A stretch of 63,798 nt of DNA, filler included, from Asterionella formosa (Eukaryota), in assembly GCA_002256025.1 (NCBI GenBank). It is 4 parts of 4 records of this genome, joined end to end, with 100 filler letters (N's around TTAATTAATTAA, not from the genome) between each part and the next. Parts side by side here need not be neighbours in the genome. Positions count along the whole stretch, not along the records: positions 33,961 to 63,798 come from NKIB01000949.1; 3 more parts are not named here. The stretch is one strand, 5' to 3'. The position numbers were made by a program, and so were the translations under genes. Under the pieces are notes generated by a model. The model worked only from the letters and a program-made list of their open reading frames with translations. It searched no databases and was not told where the DNA came from. This document shows positions 51,220 to 63,798 of this stretch, one piece after another (position 1 is the first letter of the stretch; every line of letters begins with the position of its first letter).

Positions 51220-52570
51220 CAAAAAAGCCATTGTGCAAGGATGGCAATGGACTGAGTCTTGGCTACCTAGGACTTCATTTTCCCCCTCTGCTACCATCCC
51301 TTTTTCTATTCCTTCTAGTATGTCTTCCTTATGCAATTTTCTCCCTCTTGGTACACCAAGTCTTTTATGTTCTAGCTACTTCTCGTCACATCATGGATCC
51401 ATCACTCTTTGCCCACACCACTTTTCAAAAAAAAATTCCAATCGATCTTTATACCAGTTCCGATGGTTCCATTGAACTTTACACTTAAAAAGGAAAATTT
51501 TCACCAACCATCATGCCCAAAGGGTGATGCATATTTACTGATCACTCGTCCTCTTGCCAAATTTCATGATGCATCAAGTTGGATTCACTGTACTGGAAGA
51601 ACGCCAACAAGCTAAAATGGCTTTTGAAATTTTGAGCTATTATTCAGGAGTTCTAATTTGTAAAGACACTGCTGACAAGAATGACAGGAGCTTTGGAGCA
51701 AGTGAATTAATCGATGTCATTCAAACTAAAGGGCAAAGTGTTTTGTTGCATCGGGGCTCACCATCAAAATGATGTTACAGAATGCAGTATTCGCACTGTT
51801 TCCAACATGGCCCGTGTCATGATGTTAAATGCTTTCATTCGTGGGCCTTCTACAGTTGACCCTACTCTCTGGTCTATGGCGGTCGACTTTGGAGTACATT
51901 TCTTGTACAACCATATGCCCAGTTCCAATCTCCCATGGACTTATTTACGAAATACATCCTTCCACGTCATGAATTTTTTGCAAGAATTAAAGTAATTGTA
52001 CATTTGGGTTTGTCCTTGTTATGACCTTGACCCTAAGTTACAAAATGGACAAAAGCTTTCACGCTGGCAACCTCACTCCCGCCACGCCACCTTTGTTGGC
52101 ATCTCCCATGTGCATAGTAATACAAATGTTCCCTTGCTACTTGATCTGACTACTGGACATATTTCTCCGCAATTTCACGTCGTCTTGATCTTTTTCCACT
52201 GTTTGCTTCTTCGCTTAATATGTACGACGACCCTCCGGAAAATTGGTATACTATCTTTCACGAGTCACGTTTTGAGATCGAATTTGATGAACACACAAAC
52301 TTAACACTTGTTGATGACTGGCTAGAACCAGATGACATTTCTCATTGCTGGCTCCTACTAAAGGAATCTAAGATCTTTCCCTGTATGAACCTACCTCCGG
52401 ATGAACTCCCAAATCCGAAAGAAACAGAATTTGTTCCTCTTCCTTTTGTTCCTCCTGCTCCCAATATCCAGTACTTGTATTTATTAATACGCCTGCCACC
52501 ACCATCCTCCGTTCCTATTTTTCAAGCTGACGATTCTGCATCTCCTGAAATTCCAATTTAACCTCGTCTG
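51220..52570 (+). pseudogene. Copia integrase fragment (CoDi-like)
   Basis: GAHHQNDVTECSIRTVSNMARVMM, LWSMAVD, CPCYDLDPKLQNGQKLSRWQP, LTTGHISPQFHVV; frameshifted. Confidence 0.85.
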
Positions 52571-52601
52571 ATCTCCCTTCTCCCCGCCGCAGTAGATCAC
52601 C

Positions 52602-52830
52602 TACACTTTTTGTATTAAAAAAGTGTGCGAAAATAAATAATGAGTTCTTAGTCTGGGAAACTCGGGACTACCGTTTCTGACTAAATATCTAGCAACTCAA
52701 GAATTGTTTCTATCAATGATAGATTTTTTCCTAGCTAAATTCTAAATGCCTCTTTTTGTTTACTAAAAAGAAATATAGACAAATATGAACAATGTTTGAA
52801 TTATCATTGAAATCGACATTTTATATACTG
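52602..52830. mobile_element. Terminal fragment of the CACTTTTTG MITE family
   Basis: TACACTTTTTGTATT..GTCTGGGAAACTCGGGACTAC..TCTATCAATGATAGA matches the terminus of 4588-5582. Confidence 0.7.
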
Positions 52831-53236
52831 GTATGTGATATATGTATGATATTGCAAATAGTATAGTGGAACCCCAGTAGGCTGTTGCATCTGGCGTGAC
52901 AATGACGATCTCGGGTACCAGTACCTGGGACCCTGAAAATACTATATACTGTTATCCTATGTTTCCATAGTATATACCTATGTGATTTATGATATGTGAT
53001 ATATTTAAGATATTGCAATTACTGATAGTATAGCGTTACCCTGGTAGGCTGTTGCATCTGGCGTGATAATGACTGTGACCACCATGTGTATAGATATCAT
53101 GTTACATATGCTTATATGTAGTAGTATTGCTGGCAAGGCAATCAGGGCGTAGTGGTTGTGTTCATTCATGTGTATAATTCATAGGCATAAGGGTCATTCA
53201 GAAAATCTACCAGTATTCTTATTCGCAAGTATGATT

Positions 53237-53400
53237 GTCGTAATCAGCAAATTCTAGTCGTAGTCAGCAAGTTCTAGTCGTTGTCAGCAAGTTCTAGTCG
53301 TAGTCAGCAAATTTTAGTAATTGTCAGAAAATTTTAGTCGCTGTCAGGATAGTTCTATTTGTAGTCAGCAAATTCTAGTCATTGTCAGCAAGTTCTAAAT
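53237..53400. repeat. 20-bp minisatellite, ~8 copies
   Basis: GTCGTAGTCAGCAA(A/G)TTCTA repeated. Confidence 0.9.
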
Positions 53401-53769
53401 GTAGAAAGGTAGGATTCCTATGTGGAATCTGAAGCTACTAGAAGACGGTTTCTTGAACCTGTTCATCAGTCAGCAAATCCAAGTCATGTTCAGAGACTGA
53501 ATCTGCAAATCGTTATGGTCAATAAGAATAACATTTTCCTATATTACTTAAGGAATCTTATTTTCATTGGAATGTTGCGTTGCCTATCTTGTCCGGCAGG
53601 CATGAGATGATCCATTGGGAGTGCGTCGAAACTGAAAACGTGCGCTACTGACCTTTCTGGTACCAGGGTACCTGGTACTGTACATACATAATAGGTCGAC
53701 CATTTGCGCCATCACCATATAAACTACCAGTCGTATTAACACAATATATCATCCCATCAACCCTTCAAG

Positions 53770-54966
53770 ATGGATTTGCTAGCATCGCTACACATCGACG
53801 ACCTTCCCGAAGAGCAGACCCGGGCTGCTCACCTTGTCAACACGCTGGCGGAAGATCCTGATATTCGAGTCGGGTTCAACGCCTGCGCAACTTGCGCCTC
53901 TCAAGAGCAAGTGACAGTAGAGTGTAAAGGCTGCCGGCGAGTCAAGTATTGCTCAGAAGAGTGCCGAAAGAAAGATGCTAGTCCTACCATAAGCGATGAC
54001 GAACAAGCTATGGGGCATTCGTCTATAATTTGTGCCATTTTGCGAACTTGCAACGACGATGAGGATGCCGACGATCCAGAAACAGCTCACTCGGCGCCTG
54101 AAGGTGCAGTTGATCGAGTGCGAAGCGAGTATGAATCGTATCCGGCCACACTATCCAATATCTTGATGGAAGGTCCGTGCTATCAAGAATTGCTTATGAG
54201 GTGTTCCGATCGAGATAAGTCCCTCACAATTCATGTGATTGGAGCATCAGCGGAAGCGGAAATTTGGAATGGGAAAGAATATGACGAAGTTTTCGGGGCC
54301 TATGCGGAAGCTCTTACGCAACTCGTCGAGGCCTTCAGTTTCGGAAGGATCCAATTGCACATGGTTGGACCTGATTGTCCAAGCCAGTCATTGAAAGAAG
54401 AGAGAATTATCAGACTCGTTGACTCGAAGTCCACCTATCAATTCCAAATGATGACACACAGGGCTAGCTACAACAAGGTCCTCCTCAAGAGCTTGCCGAA
54501 AGCAGACACTGTTGTTTACTTTAACCCTGGGTTTACTTGCCCAGACTATGATTGGGAAGAATCAATTACGTGTATGAAGCCTGGAACGGCCTTCTGCGTT
54601 ACAACCAATACCCAGAATGAGGGGGTGGGAGACTGCCTGTTTCTTTTGGAGCACGGACTTGTACCTGCACTCCCTCCAATGGTCGCCGAAATTATTGGAA
54701 GCGACGTTGCTGACGAAAGCGGTAGCATATTCTTCGCCGAGAATCCATATGCAGGATCAAGAGTGCGACAAAGTGGAACTATGGCCAACGATGTCTACGT
54801 CAAAAATCGATGGATTTATGGTGGTGTCTTTGGCGAGGGTGTTAGTAAATCCAAAGGAGAAAAGTTCAACCGACGAGACATTTTCGACGATGAAGTTCAT
54901 GATCCTCCTTCCAAAAAGTCAAAGCCTATATTCAATAGCAAGAAATCGAATCCTGCCCTGATCTAG
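53770..54966 (+). CDS. MYND zinc-finger protein with MSS51/ZMYND15-like C-terminal domain
   Basis: CATC..CKGCRRVKYCSEEC..H..IC; LTIHVIGASAEAE, LHMVGPD, YFNPGF, ENPY. Intact 398 aa. Confidence 0.8.
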   Translation: MDLLASLHIDDLPEEQTRAAHLVNTLAEDPDIRVGFNACATCASQEQVTVECKGCRRVKYCSEECRKKDASPTISDDEQAMGHSSIICAILRTCNDDEDADDPETAHSAPEGAVDRVRSEYESYPATLSNILMEGPCYQELLMRCSDRDKSLTIHVIGASAEAEIWNGKEYDEVFGAYAEALTQLVEAFSFGRIQLHMVGPDCPSQSLKEERIIRLVDSKSTYQFQMMTHRASYNKVLLKSLPKADTVVYFNPGFTCPDYDWEESITCMKPGTAFCVTTNTQNEGVGDCLFLLEHGLVPALPPMVAEIIGSDVADESGSIFFAENPYAGSRVRQSGTMANDVYVKNRWIYGGVFGEGVSKSKGEKFNRRDIFDDEVHDPPSKKSKPIFNSKKSNPALI

Positions 54967-55716
54967 ATGCTTAAACTCATGTTCGTGACCTTCACCGATC
55001 GGGGGCTCCAGACGACCGTTGAATTCTTCTGAATTGTGCGATAAAAATATAAACGCGGTTGAAAATGCATGAATCCTGCAAGAAGATATGCCCGAACAGT
55101 TTATCAGACCGAGCGGGGCTGGTCAATTAGCAAAAAAGTACACCCCTCTCATGACTGTAGCTTCCAAATTAACGGGGAGCGATCCCCCCTCTCCCAAATA
55201 GCAGCAAATACTGCTTCGCCAGTATTGAATGGCTCCATATCCTTTTAAAATCTGGTGTCAATATTTGTCGTGTAAACTCCAACGAGATTTGGTTAGTTCA
55301 TTTCTTCTACGAAGCAACATACCATTGTTGGGACCGCAACTCCGCCATTTCTTGTTGTCTTGAAGGCGTTGTCGCCACCGGCCTTCCCTTTGATAACCCT
55401 CGAGAATTCCTTGAATCTAGGGTATTTCTTGGAAATCTGAAAAGTATTGCAGCATTAAGCCAACCAACCTGCTCGTCTGAGGTGATTTCTTGGTGAAGTG
55501 CTCGAGACTTCTGCGAGCGAACCGGTGTACCATACGCTCTCAAATACCCAAAACGCTCACCACCCTGAGCACGTTTCCGACTGAAGTCAAACCCTCCCCC
55601 CCCCCCTTCAATGACGAAGCAAGCTCCTTCCCAGCATCACACACAGCCCTGCCTTCAGTAGTATCACAGACCGTTGGAAGCATTCTCGAATCTCTGAACT
55701 TAGCTGCCAGCTTAAA

Positions 55717-56394
55717 TTAATCGAACCATCCTTCTCTGCCATCATTGATTATTAAAGTTGAACGAGATCCCCCGCCAATTTGAATTCCCTTTTGGTTCAT
55801 GTGGACAAGTGTGACCTCGAGAGTTTCAAAAGGACCCGCTTCGATGGCAAAATATACGGCAGATCGGTAGTTTCCTTGTACTGCTGGATCTGCCCCAGCC
55901 CATATTTGTTTTTCAGAAATCAATTTGATTTCTGATGGCTTCTTCCCATTGTCCTCAACTTCTACGTCTCCCAATACATGCAAGATTGAAATCGTGTCGA
56001 CATGTGAATCTTCGGAATTTCCACTGGCATGGTCAAGGTATAGTAGAGTAGCAGCAATTCCAATTGCTTAATTCTGTGGACTTGATTAAAGCCATCCAGA
56101 GCTGCTTGGACTCCTTCAGGGGACTTGAGTCGAATGGCATGGACCAGAGCATCACCCTGTTCTGTTTGCGTGTGCTTCCACGGCTTCTTGAGTTTGTATA
56201 GCTTGGCCCTCCTAATGTCCTTCTTTCCTGTGGAAAAGAAAGAGCACAGCACATATTTTACTAATACAGTACTTCTATTTTGATTTCTTTCCTCCTGACG
56301 CCACCTCAACTGACAACGTGCCTTTGTTCTTTTTCTTTTTAATCACTTTAATCCATCCAGTTTCATTGTCCGTATCCTGGACAGTAGTTTCCAT
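55717..56394 (-). pseudogene. Possible frameshifted small gene of unknown function
   Basis: Protein-like segments METTVQDTDNETGWIKVI / KKDIRRAKLYKL..VQAALDGFNQVHRIK / AIGIAATLLYLDH..AVYFAIEAGPFETLEVTLVH, joined only by frameshifts; head-to-head with the protease gene. Confidence 0.3.
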
Positions 56395-56450
56395 ATTATC
56401 TAACAATTATAAGAGTCTGGCTGTCCATATATATATTCGAACTCTTGGGA

Positions 56451-58342
56451 ATGAAGCTTGAGTCTGTTGTCACGGCTTTCCTCCTGGCACAGGTCGTGTC
56501 AGCGCAAGAGTCAAGACCTGGTGTGGGAAAGGTGTTGCAGGTAAGATTGAACTCCATTTCATTGGCATTGAATCGGGCCCCTCTCATTTCTTCTGTTCCA
56601 CTCCTTCTCAGTCAACAGCACAAGCTCGTATTATTGGTGGAACTGAAGCAGTGGAAGGGAGGTATCCATACGCTGTGTCCCTGACTCGCTACGGTTCCCT
56701 TTACTGTGGTGGTGTAGTGATTGCCCCTGATTTGATTCTGACGGCAGCTCATTGCGCTGGTTATGGAACGGATGTCCAGATTGGTCGTTATGACCGCGGA
56801 AATATTCTTGATACATACGAAAGCCTTGGAAACTCAAAGGAATACGTTCATCCTTCTTATGTCGAATCGTCCAATTTAAGACACGACAAAATGATTATAC
56901 AACTGGCTGGACAAACAACTGCGCCTCCTGTCCGATTGAACTTTGATTCGAGTGTACCAGCTACGGGAGCTGAAGTGATAGTACTGGGTTGGGGACTTAC
57001 AGACGGAAACAACCAGCAGTCGCAGAGCAGTCGATTGCTCCAGGTTTCGATAGAAGCCATATCGAATGACGCTTGTTCCAATTCAAAAAGTTCACTGTTT
57101 CCTCTGGACTCGTACCAAGGCCTAATATATAGCGATATGGTATGCGCCACCGGTCAAGGTAAAGACAGTTGCCAAGGTGACTCTGGTGGGCCGCTGATTA
57201 TTTCCGGAAATGATTTTTCAAGAGATATTCTTGTCGGCGTGGTGAGCTGGGGCTATGGATGTGCTATACCTGGATTCCCAGGTGTATACTCTAGGGTATC
57301 TGCCGATCAAGACTGGATAAGGAGTACCGTTTGCAGCGTATCAAACAACCCTCCTTCATATTTCGATTGCAACAAATTGGGAAACGGCCAAAATAGCACC
57401 ATTTCATCCCCACCGCCTGTCTCGACCCCGGCATCAGTTGGAGGTGGTTTTGTCACAGCAAAAATCGAAATACAAATGGACAATTACCCACAAGATGTTG
57501 GTTTTAAAGTGAACGGACTGGATGGTTTTGGTTTGTCACTTGATCCTGTCTTTCGAAGACCAGCAGGCAGTTACACAACACCCGGAGCACTCATAGTTGA
57601 GTCGTTGCAGCTCAGGGAGGGCGCGCTATACTTATTTACGATTTTTGATGTCGCCAACGATGGTCTGTGTTGTCAATACGGAGATGGTGGCTACCAACTC
57701 ACACTGGGCAGTGCAACTGAGATTGTTTCTGAATCTAGTAGCTCTTTTGGTGCAGGTAGAGAGTACATTTTCATTGCATCCACGAAAAACTCTTCAACGC
57801 CGATGCTGGCTCCAACCATCAAGGACAGTCCTTACTTGACAATAGTACTCACATTTGATAAATACCCCTCCGAGAGCGGTTGGATCCTTCAAAGGGCAGT
57901 AACTGGTACTTCTTCTTCAAGAGCTACTACCTCACTATTAGTTGCCTATCGACCTCCTGAAAGTTACTCTAATGACCAAGCATTCCAAACGGTGACTGAG
58001 ATCATCCCTATAGATGCAATAGATGCAGGATATTTTCTTTATGTAACAGATTCCTTTGGCGATGGAATGTGTTGCTCTGTTGGAAAGGGAGGATACAAGT
58101 TATATTTGGGAGATATAAGCAATGGAACCATCTTGGCTTCGGGTGATGCTTCTGATTCTGGATACGAGCGCAATTCCTTTTCAGTATCTGGTTTTGGTTC
58201 TGCAGCTGGCGTTATTACCGTCATTAGGCCAGGTCAAAATGCAGTAAATACACAGGGAATTACCAGCTCAGTTTGGACAATGAGATCAGGATTATTGTTT
58301 GGACTCCTGCCAGCTGTCTTGTTCGTGATTACTCTGTTGTAA
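56451..58342 (+). CDS. Secreted/membrane-anchored trypsin-like serine protease (S1) with two C-terminal repeat domains
   Basis: Exons 56451-56540 and 56612-58342. Signal peptide, R|IIGG activation site, LTAAHC, HDKMII, KDSCQGDSGGP; two D.YP...DG(L/M)CC..G.GGY modules; hydrophobic C-terminus. Confidence 0.93.
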
Positions 58343-58572
58343 ACCTTGTGCCAAAAAATTCTTGGGACCCCCTGCACTGTCCCTTGGATTTCAAATAAAT
58401 GTAATTGACCAATTATCTCAGTATCCATCCACAACCTTGCATTAACATGTCGTTGTCCATTCCAATTGTTATTTGACTACCGGTACTAACATTGCAATGA
58501 TGTATATTGTTATAGCTAGATTTAGTACTATTGCAATACGGATATATAAATATATGCTTCCTCATACTTTTT

Positions 58573-59990
58573 TTCTTTCCGGATTGCCTGCCCAATATCA
58601 ATTGTATTATTATAGTACTTGGCCTATTGACGCTTCAACGCTGCTCCTGGTGACTCCTCTTCGCTCCACCATGGCGCTTTTCGCCAGCGCCGCTCCCTGT
58701 GCCCCGCCTGAAAGCGTCTTTCCTGTGGATGTTGAAGATCTCACCATCCCGAATTCCCTATCCTCCAAACAACAGCCAGCAACACTCAACACTTGACTAG
58801 AAAAGCAATTGGCACTGGTCAAGCTTGGCCTGGCGCATACTTCAAGTGTCACACCATTACTCTCCCCTCTTCAAAACCCCCTTGTGACACTCCCTCTCCC
58901 CTCACTGCCCCTCTTCCAAATACCTCGAATCACCCTACATACCCTGCAGTCTCTGGATTTCACTAAACATCCTTTTACTTTCTCATGGATTCCTACATTT
59001 CAACCTGGCCATTGCCTGCCAGGCTTCTCATATCAAACTAACCAAAAGTCTCTAACTTGTTCTCTTATCATACCTCTATCCGGCTACCCCAGAATTCCTT
59101 CCGGTCGTTGCGAAGGATCTCATTTCAAAATTTTCCCAAATGGCCATCCAATTTTAGATTTCCTTCTATCCATCGATTAGCCCTTCTTGCTGCCCCCCCC
59201 CCTGTCTCTTTGATGTTCTAACACAGGAGTCCTTTCCCTTCTCATGCCTAACCTTTCATCCTGTCCATCGCCTGTCACGCTTCTCATATCCAATTATCCA
59301 AAATCGCCACACAGTTTCCGATATTTTTTCTGCTTTTCCCAAGCCCCTTGTCTCTTGTTCCTTTTAATGCCTTTATCAGGCTACACCCATAATTAATGCT
59401 GGTAATTGCCCAGGATTCTCAATTCACAACCAAGTGACCAAGAAGTTTAACATCGCACTCTACATCTTGATTGGCCTTGTTATTCTCTGCTCACTGTCAC
59501 CTTGATTGTTCGAAATATTCCAAACCTTTTAAAAGTCCCCCACTGGGCTTCTCACACTCCCCCTCTATCTCTACAGTTGTTTCTTCCAAGACCCTTCACC
59601 CTTGCTCTCTTATCATGTATTCCTCAGCCTACACTCCTCAAATTTGATTATTCTAATTCTTGGACTCTTACTTAAAACAGCTCCCACTTTGGCCTTACAG
59701 TTTTCATATTTGCTTTCCATTTCTTGATTGCTGGCCTTCCACTCTGCTCTCCATTCCCTCCATTGTTTTACACATGATTCCAAAACACTAAGAGCCTCAT
59801 AATGGGCTCCTTGCCCTTCCTCACCATCTCTATTGTTGTTTTACCTCCAAACTGCAACCCTGTAGAGTGGTCCCTCAATGGACTCGCCCTCACTCGTCAT
59901 TTCTTTGGGGCACATTTGGGCCCTAGTGCGACTTCACAAACTACATTAGATTCGAGTTTCAATAAAAGCGTACTATAAAAATTTTCTTAT
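58573..59990 (+). pseudogene. C/T-rich degenerate unit of unknown family (copy 2)
   Basis: Homologous ends with 13441-14410; internally recurring TG(T/C)TCTCTTATCAT..GCTAC segments (~59058, 59357, 59603). Confidence 0.4.
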
Positions 59991-60650
59991 TCCACTACAT
60001 ATATTTCCTCACTTTTTCGGCAAACAATATGTATACCGGGTAGGCAGAAAAAAGCAGTTTCCACTCGTCAGAAGATGGTGTGTAAATATATCACATGCAT
60101 GCAGTAAACATGGGCCTATAAGTTTTGGTCATAAATACTGGTGGTAGAACACCACCACCTGCAAGTCGCCGTAATATTGCTGAAATTGACAACGTGATAC
60201 AAGACAGGAGCTCAAAAAGAATACATTGAGAACATCATCAACACTCTCTTTGAATCATTAATATCACGACTTTTTTTAGCGACATAAATAATTATTTTGT
60301 CTAAACTCGGAAACATCAAAACGAGAAAAATGGCTGAGAAAAGAAAATGACAATGACTGGGGCAATAGAGTGATGGCCTGAAGCAAAAGTAAGCAAGTCT
60401 TGCTTACTTTGCTTTATTCTCTCTGAACTCAAAATCGTTCTCCTTTTCCGGATGAAGAGATGAAAACTACCTTTCTTAATTAGCAGCTTCAAAGTCGTTG
60501 GGATTAGAAATTTGTAACTACCAGCACCATCATACCATCGACCCGATATAGCTATTATAAACTATGTATGTACAGAAGATATTCATGTTATATATACTAT
60601 ATTTGCTGTTCATTAAAAAATGAAGATAATAGTATTCCGATACTTACTGG

Positions 60651-61000
60651 TAAAAAACAATTTTGAAATCTGATCACCATCCTGCTTCCATCATTCCCAT
60701 GTCACATTGCATCCTATTTGTGGCGTCAATACAAGCAATCACATCTAAGCTAATAAATAACTTGTTTCATATGTTTTGCTTTAATTAATCATTTTATTGT
60801 TTTAGTCATCTTCGCAGTCGTTGTACAGCTATTAAAAAACAATTTTAAAATCTCATCACCATCCTAATTCCATCATTCCCATGTCACAATGCATCCTATT
60901 TGTGACGTCAATACAAGCAATCCAATCTAAGCTAATAAATCACTTGTTTTCATATGTTTTGCTTTAATTAATCATGTCATTGTTTTAGTTGTCTTTGTAG
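60651..61000. repeat. ~182-bp tandem duplication
   Basis: TAAAAAACAATTTT(G/A)AAATCT..CATCATTCCCATGTCACA at 60651 and 60833. Confidence 0.9.
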
Positions 61001-63148
61001 TCTTTCTGAAAATGTCAAATCTGCTCATAACATTGTCGCTTTGAATTGTTCATCATTAAATTTCATTTATTTCAATTTTTGCTTAGTGTTATTACAACTA
61101 TTATTTTGCGAGTGTATTTTCTATATTGTGCTTAATATATATGTACCCAATAGCATAGCGTTGTTCATCAATTTTCATGGATATATTTGTTTTTTTCGTC
61201 ATGATCAAGGCTGAGACGACATGATGCACCATGCATTCTCCTGCCTCTCGCTCATGACGACTACAATGTAATCCCATGTTTTGAAGAATAAAATTAGCAT
61301 AAAACCTACGTCACTAAGTGGTGATCATACCACAGACGATAGAAAGAATGAATCAATGACGTTTTCTATGTATTTTAACGCCTGTCCTGTGTCACGTTAT
61401 GACCGCAACTTGCTGGTATTGGTCCACATTATCATGGGGTTATTTGTCCACAGTTCACACCACAGTATAATTTTGAACCAATATAGGTCCATTTTGCTAC
61501 CACTTTGAACCTATTTTGAAAACTCCTAAATTTAGATCCAAAATAGAACATTTTTGGCAGTGTGGACAGACACCATGGTATTGTTTAAATCGAAGTACTA
61601 TTACGGACCTGCAAGTTGAGGTCATTTACCTGAAACGGACAACATGTTGCTGGACAGGGGCTTATTTAATCTTATAAAAGAACGTTTTTTATTCATAGAA
61701 CGATTCAGCGAAATAGATAACAGAACTATTCTAGTTGCAAAAACTAGAAAACACACAGCACGTGACCATGACTTTCAGGAAATTCCTATGAATTTCATGA
61801 AACATAAGAGAATGTCAGCAAATTTCAGGAAATGCATTCAACTGCCTGAAAGTCTCCAAAATTGGGCTTTTTCTGGCCAAAGTGAAAAAACACTTATCTT
61901 TCATTCTGGATTAAAAGTACTGGCAGTGATGACATCATATCCTTATGCATTTCCATTGGACTATTACGTGGCTGTATGTGTCGCTACAGAAGGAAAGAGA
62001 TTTACCAGCATTGGTCTACCGGTATGTCAACAATGTGCTGGTAATAACAGTTGATCGCAATGTGTAGCATTATTTCATAATGGTGTTTTGCACTACTGTA
62101 TGCACTCACATGTATTCTGCTGCATTAAGGGGCTGCCAAACATTAACTATAGGGTATTACTAATACTATTTTTGACAGCATACTACTTCACCTTGTTTGT
62201 CAGCTTTCACCACCATACAACTTGCCAATTCGTAATCAATCAATTTTCAGTAGATAAATAACTTATTTAACATCTGTTCCTCCAATTATTCATGTTATCG
62301 ACGTAGTCGTAGTATTATTTGTTGTGTAACTACTGTAAAAGTGTCAAAGCTCCTCGTAAAATGTCATTTTTAAAATTGTGCATCACTGATTTACATGAAA
62401 AATGTGCCGTCGGCGACTTCAATTTTCGTTGTCAATATCAGTGTAATTAGCATAATTCTTTTATGATTTTATTGTCGATGATGTCGTGATTGTACATACC
62501 AAATAGCAAAGCGTAGTTCTGATTTTTCATTAAGTTATTTGTTATCTTTGTCACGGTCAAGGCTGAGACAACATTATGCAATATTCTCTCTCCAGCCGTT
62601 CAGATTGACTACACTGTATTGTTTTAAATAGAGATAAAGCATAATCTAAGCTAAATCATTACATTCTACTGTCTATTTGGGCTACCTCGGGTACCCTGTA
62701 CATGAATCCATCAAAAGGTCTATGATATATTGCATGTTTCATGGGCAATACATTGCTTACTTCACCTTGTATCATTAACTAGAGTGTTATGTAGCTATGT
62801 GGCTGTGATGGCATTTGGGTTGAAATGCTGACATCGCACATTAAGGGAAATTTAAGCAAACGCACTTCAAGCAAGGCGGTCAAGCATTAAGCAAATCCTA
62901 GATATGGTACCAACTGGCAGAATAAGTAAAAAGATAGGTCTCAAAATTGTAGGCTAAATCAGACTAAAGTTACAGTTAATTCCAAAAAACCAGGCGGTGG
63001 GGTGGTTAATTAAATGAAAAATCAGAAGAGATACACATGAATCAATTTTGAATTGGAATCACTATTGCTGGCACGATGACTTATGTAGCACTAAAATATG
63101 GATACTGTTTGTATAGAAAATTACCTCAACTTGCCGGTAAGCGGACTA

Positions 63149-63796
63149 CCGTATACTTCATTGTCCTGGACCCCCCCTATGGTTGCTGGACCCCCCTGTA
63201 CATTTTTCTCGAGGTGGAACCAAACACCCAATAATTTTCTTGTCATAGACAAAGTAACGTGCCATAATTCTTTTTGTCCTCGTAGGCACTAGTATGTAAT
63301 AATTTAGCTACCATTTTGCGATTCTTTTGTACATACAAAACACAAGAGACGACAGGTACTGGCTGTGAGCAGCTGGAGAATCCTTCATGATGTTGTCGCA
63401 ACCTTGACCATGACGAAAATACCAATTATCTCCACGAAAATAGAGAACGACGCTTTGCTACTTGCTACCTGTATTAAGAATGACATCGAAAATACAATCG
63501 TAAAAGAAGTAAAGTAATAACACTAATAATGACAACGAAAATTGAGATCGCCGATAACAACATGAAGTCGCGTTTTTCTTGCGAGGTGAAGAACTCTCTC
63601 ATTTTTCACGAGACGGAAATAATTGTCATATTAATACATCTTAGAAAAATGTGCGCTATCCTGTAGAACTAAAGAAATTTACTTAGGTCCATTATAAGGG
63701 AAATCTCTTCATTGTCCTGGGCCCCCCTTAAGTAAAATCAGTCAAATTCAGTCACGGCAGTGTACATTGGGGGGTCCAGGACAATGAAGTATACGG
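63149..63796. mobile_element. Tc1/mariner(pogo)-like MITE, 648 bp, perfect 28-bp TIRs
   Basis: TA|CCGTATACTTCATTGTCCTGGACCCCCC ... GGGGGGTCCAGGACAATGAAGTATACGG|TA; internal copy of the TIR motif at ~63708-63727; no ORF. Confidence 0.92.
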
Positions 63797-63798
63797 TA

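Noticed and set aside
14453..58224. Numerous short antisense or alternate-frame ORFs overlapping real genes
   Set aside because: Shadows of coding regions with no recognisable motifs.
61430..61580. Small Harbinger-like MITE (TGTCCACA..TGTGGACA)
   Set aside because: The inverted repeat is short and imperfect, with no clear TSD.

Overview
Eukaryotic, diatom-like genomic DNA: short GT-AG introns, bipartite signal+ASAFAP-type plastid targeting peptides, a type III metacaspase and diatom-type copia elements. The window is four contigs (1-29901, 30002-31882, 31983-33860, 33961-63798) joined by artificial 100-bp N44-TTAATTAATTAA-N44 spacers, so adjacency across the gaps is not biological. Host genes: PEX13-like, plastid 3-dehydroquinate synthase, RCC1-like, a small plastid single-helix protein, a USP36/42-like deubiquitinase, a membrane-anchored pepsin-like protein lacking both catalytic Asp, a plastid Lon-N-domain protein, an unknown plastid protein, a type III metacaspase, a MYND/MSS51-like protein and a trypsin-like protease with diatom-type C-terminal repeats. 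Between them is a heavily nested TE landscape: a decayed Ty1/copia element with both LTRs, carrying a TA-flanked MITE and a 4-kb TIR element inside its 3' LTR; a LINE RNase H remnant; a tRNA-derived SINE-like element; a short retroposed insert with a 19-bp TSD; a truncated Harbinger transposase; a Crypton tyrosine recombinase; a decayed Crinkler-type NTPase+REase gene; a young perfect-TIR MITE; several minisatellites; and a recurrent GGTACCA/TGGTACC motif upstream of genes. All product calls come from motif recognition by eye; no searches were run.
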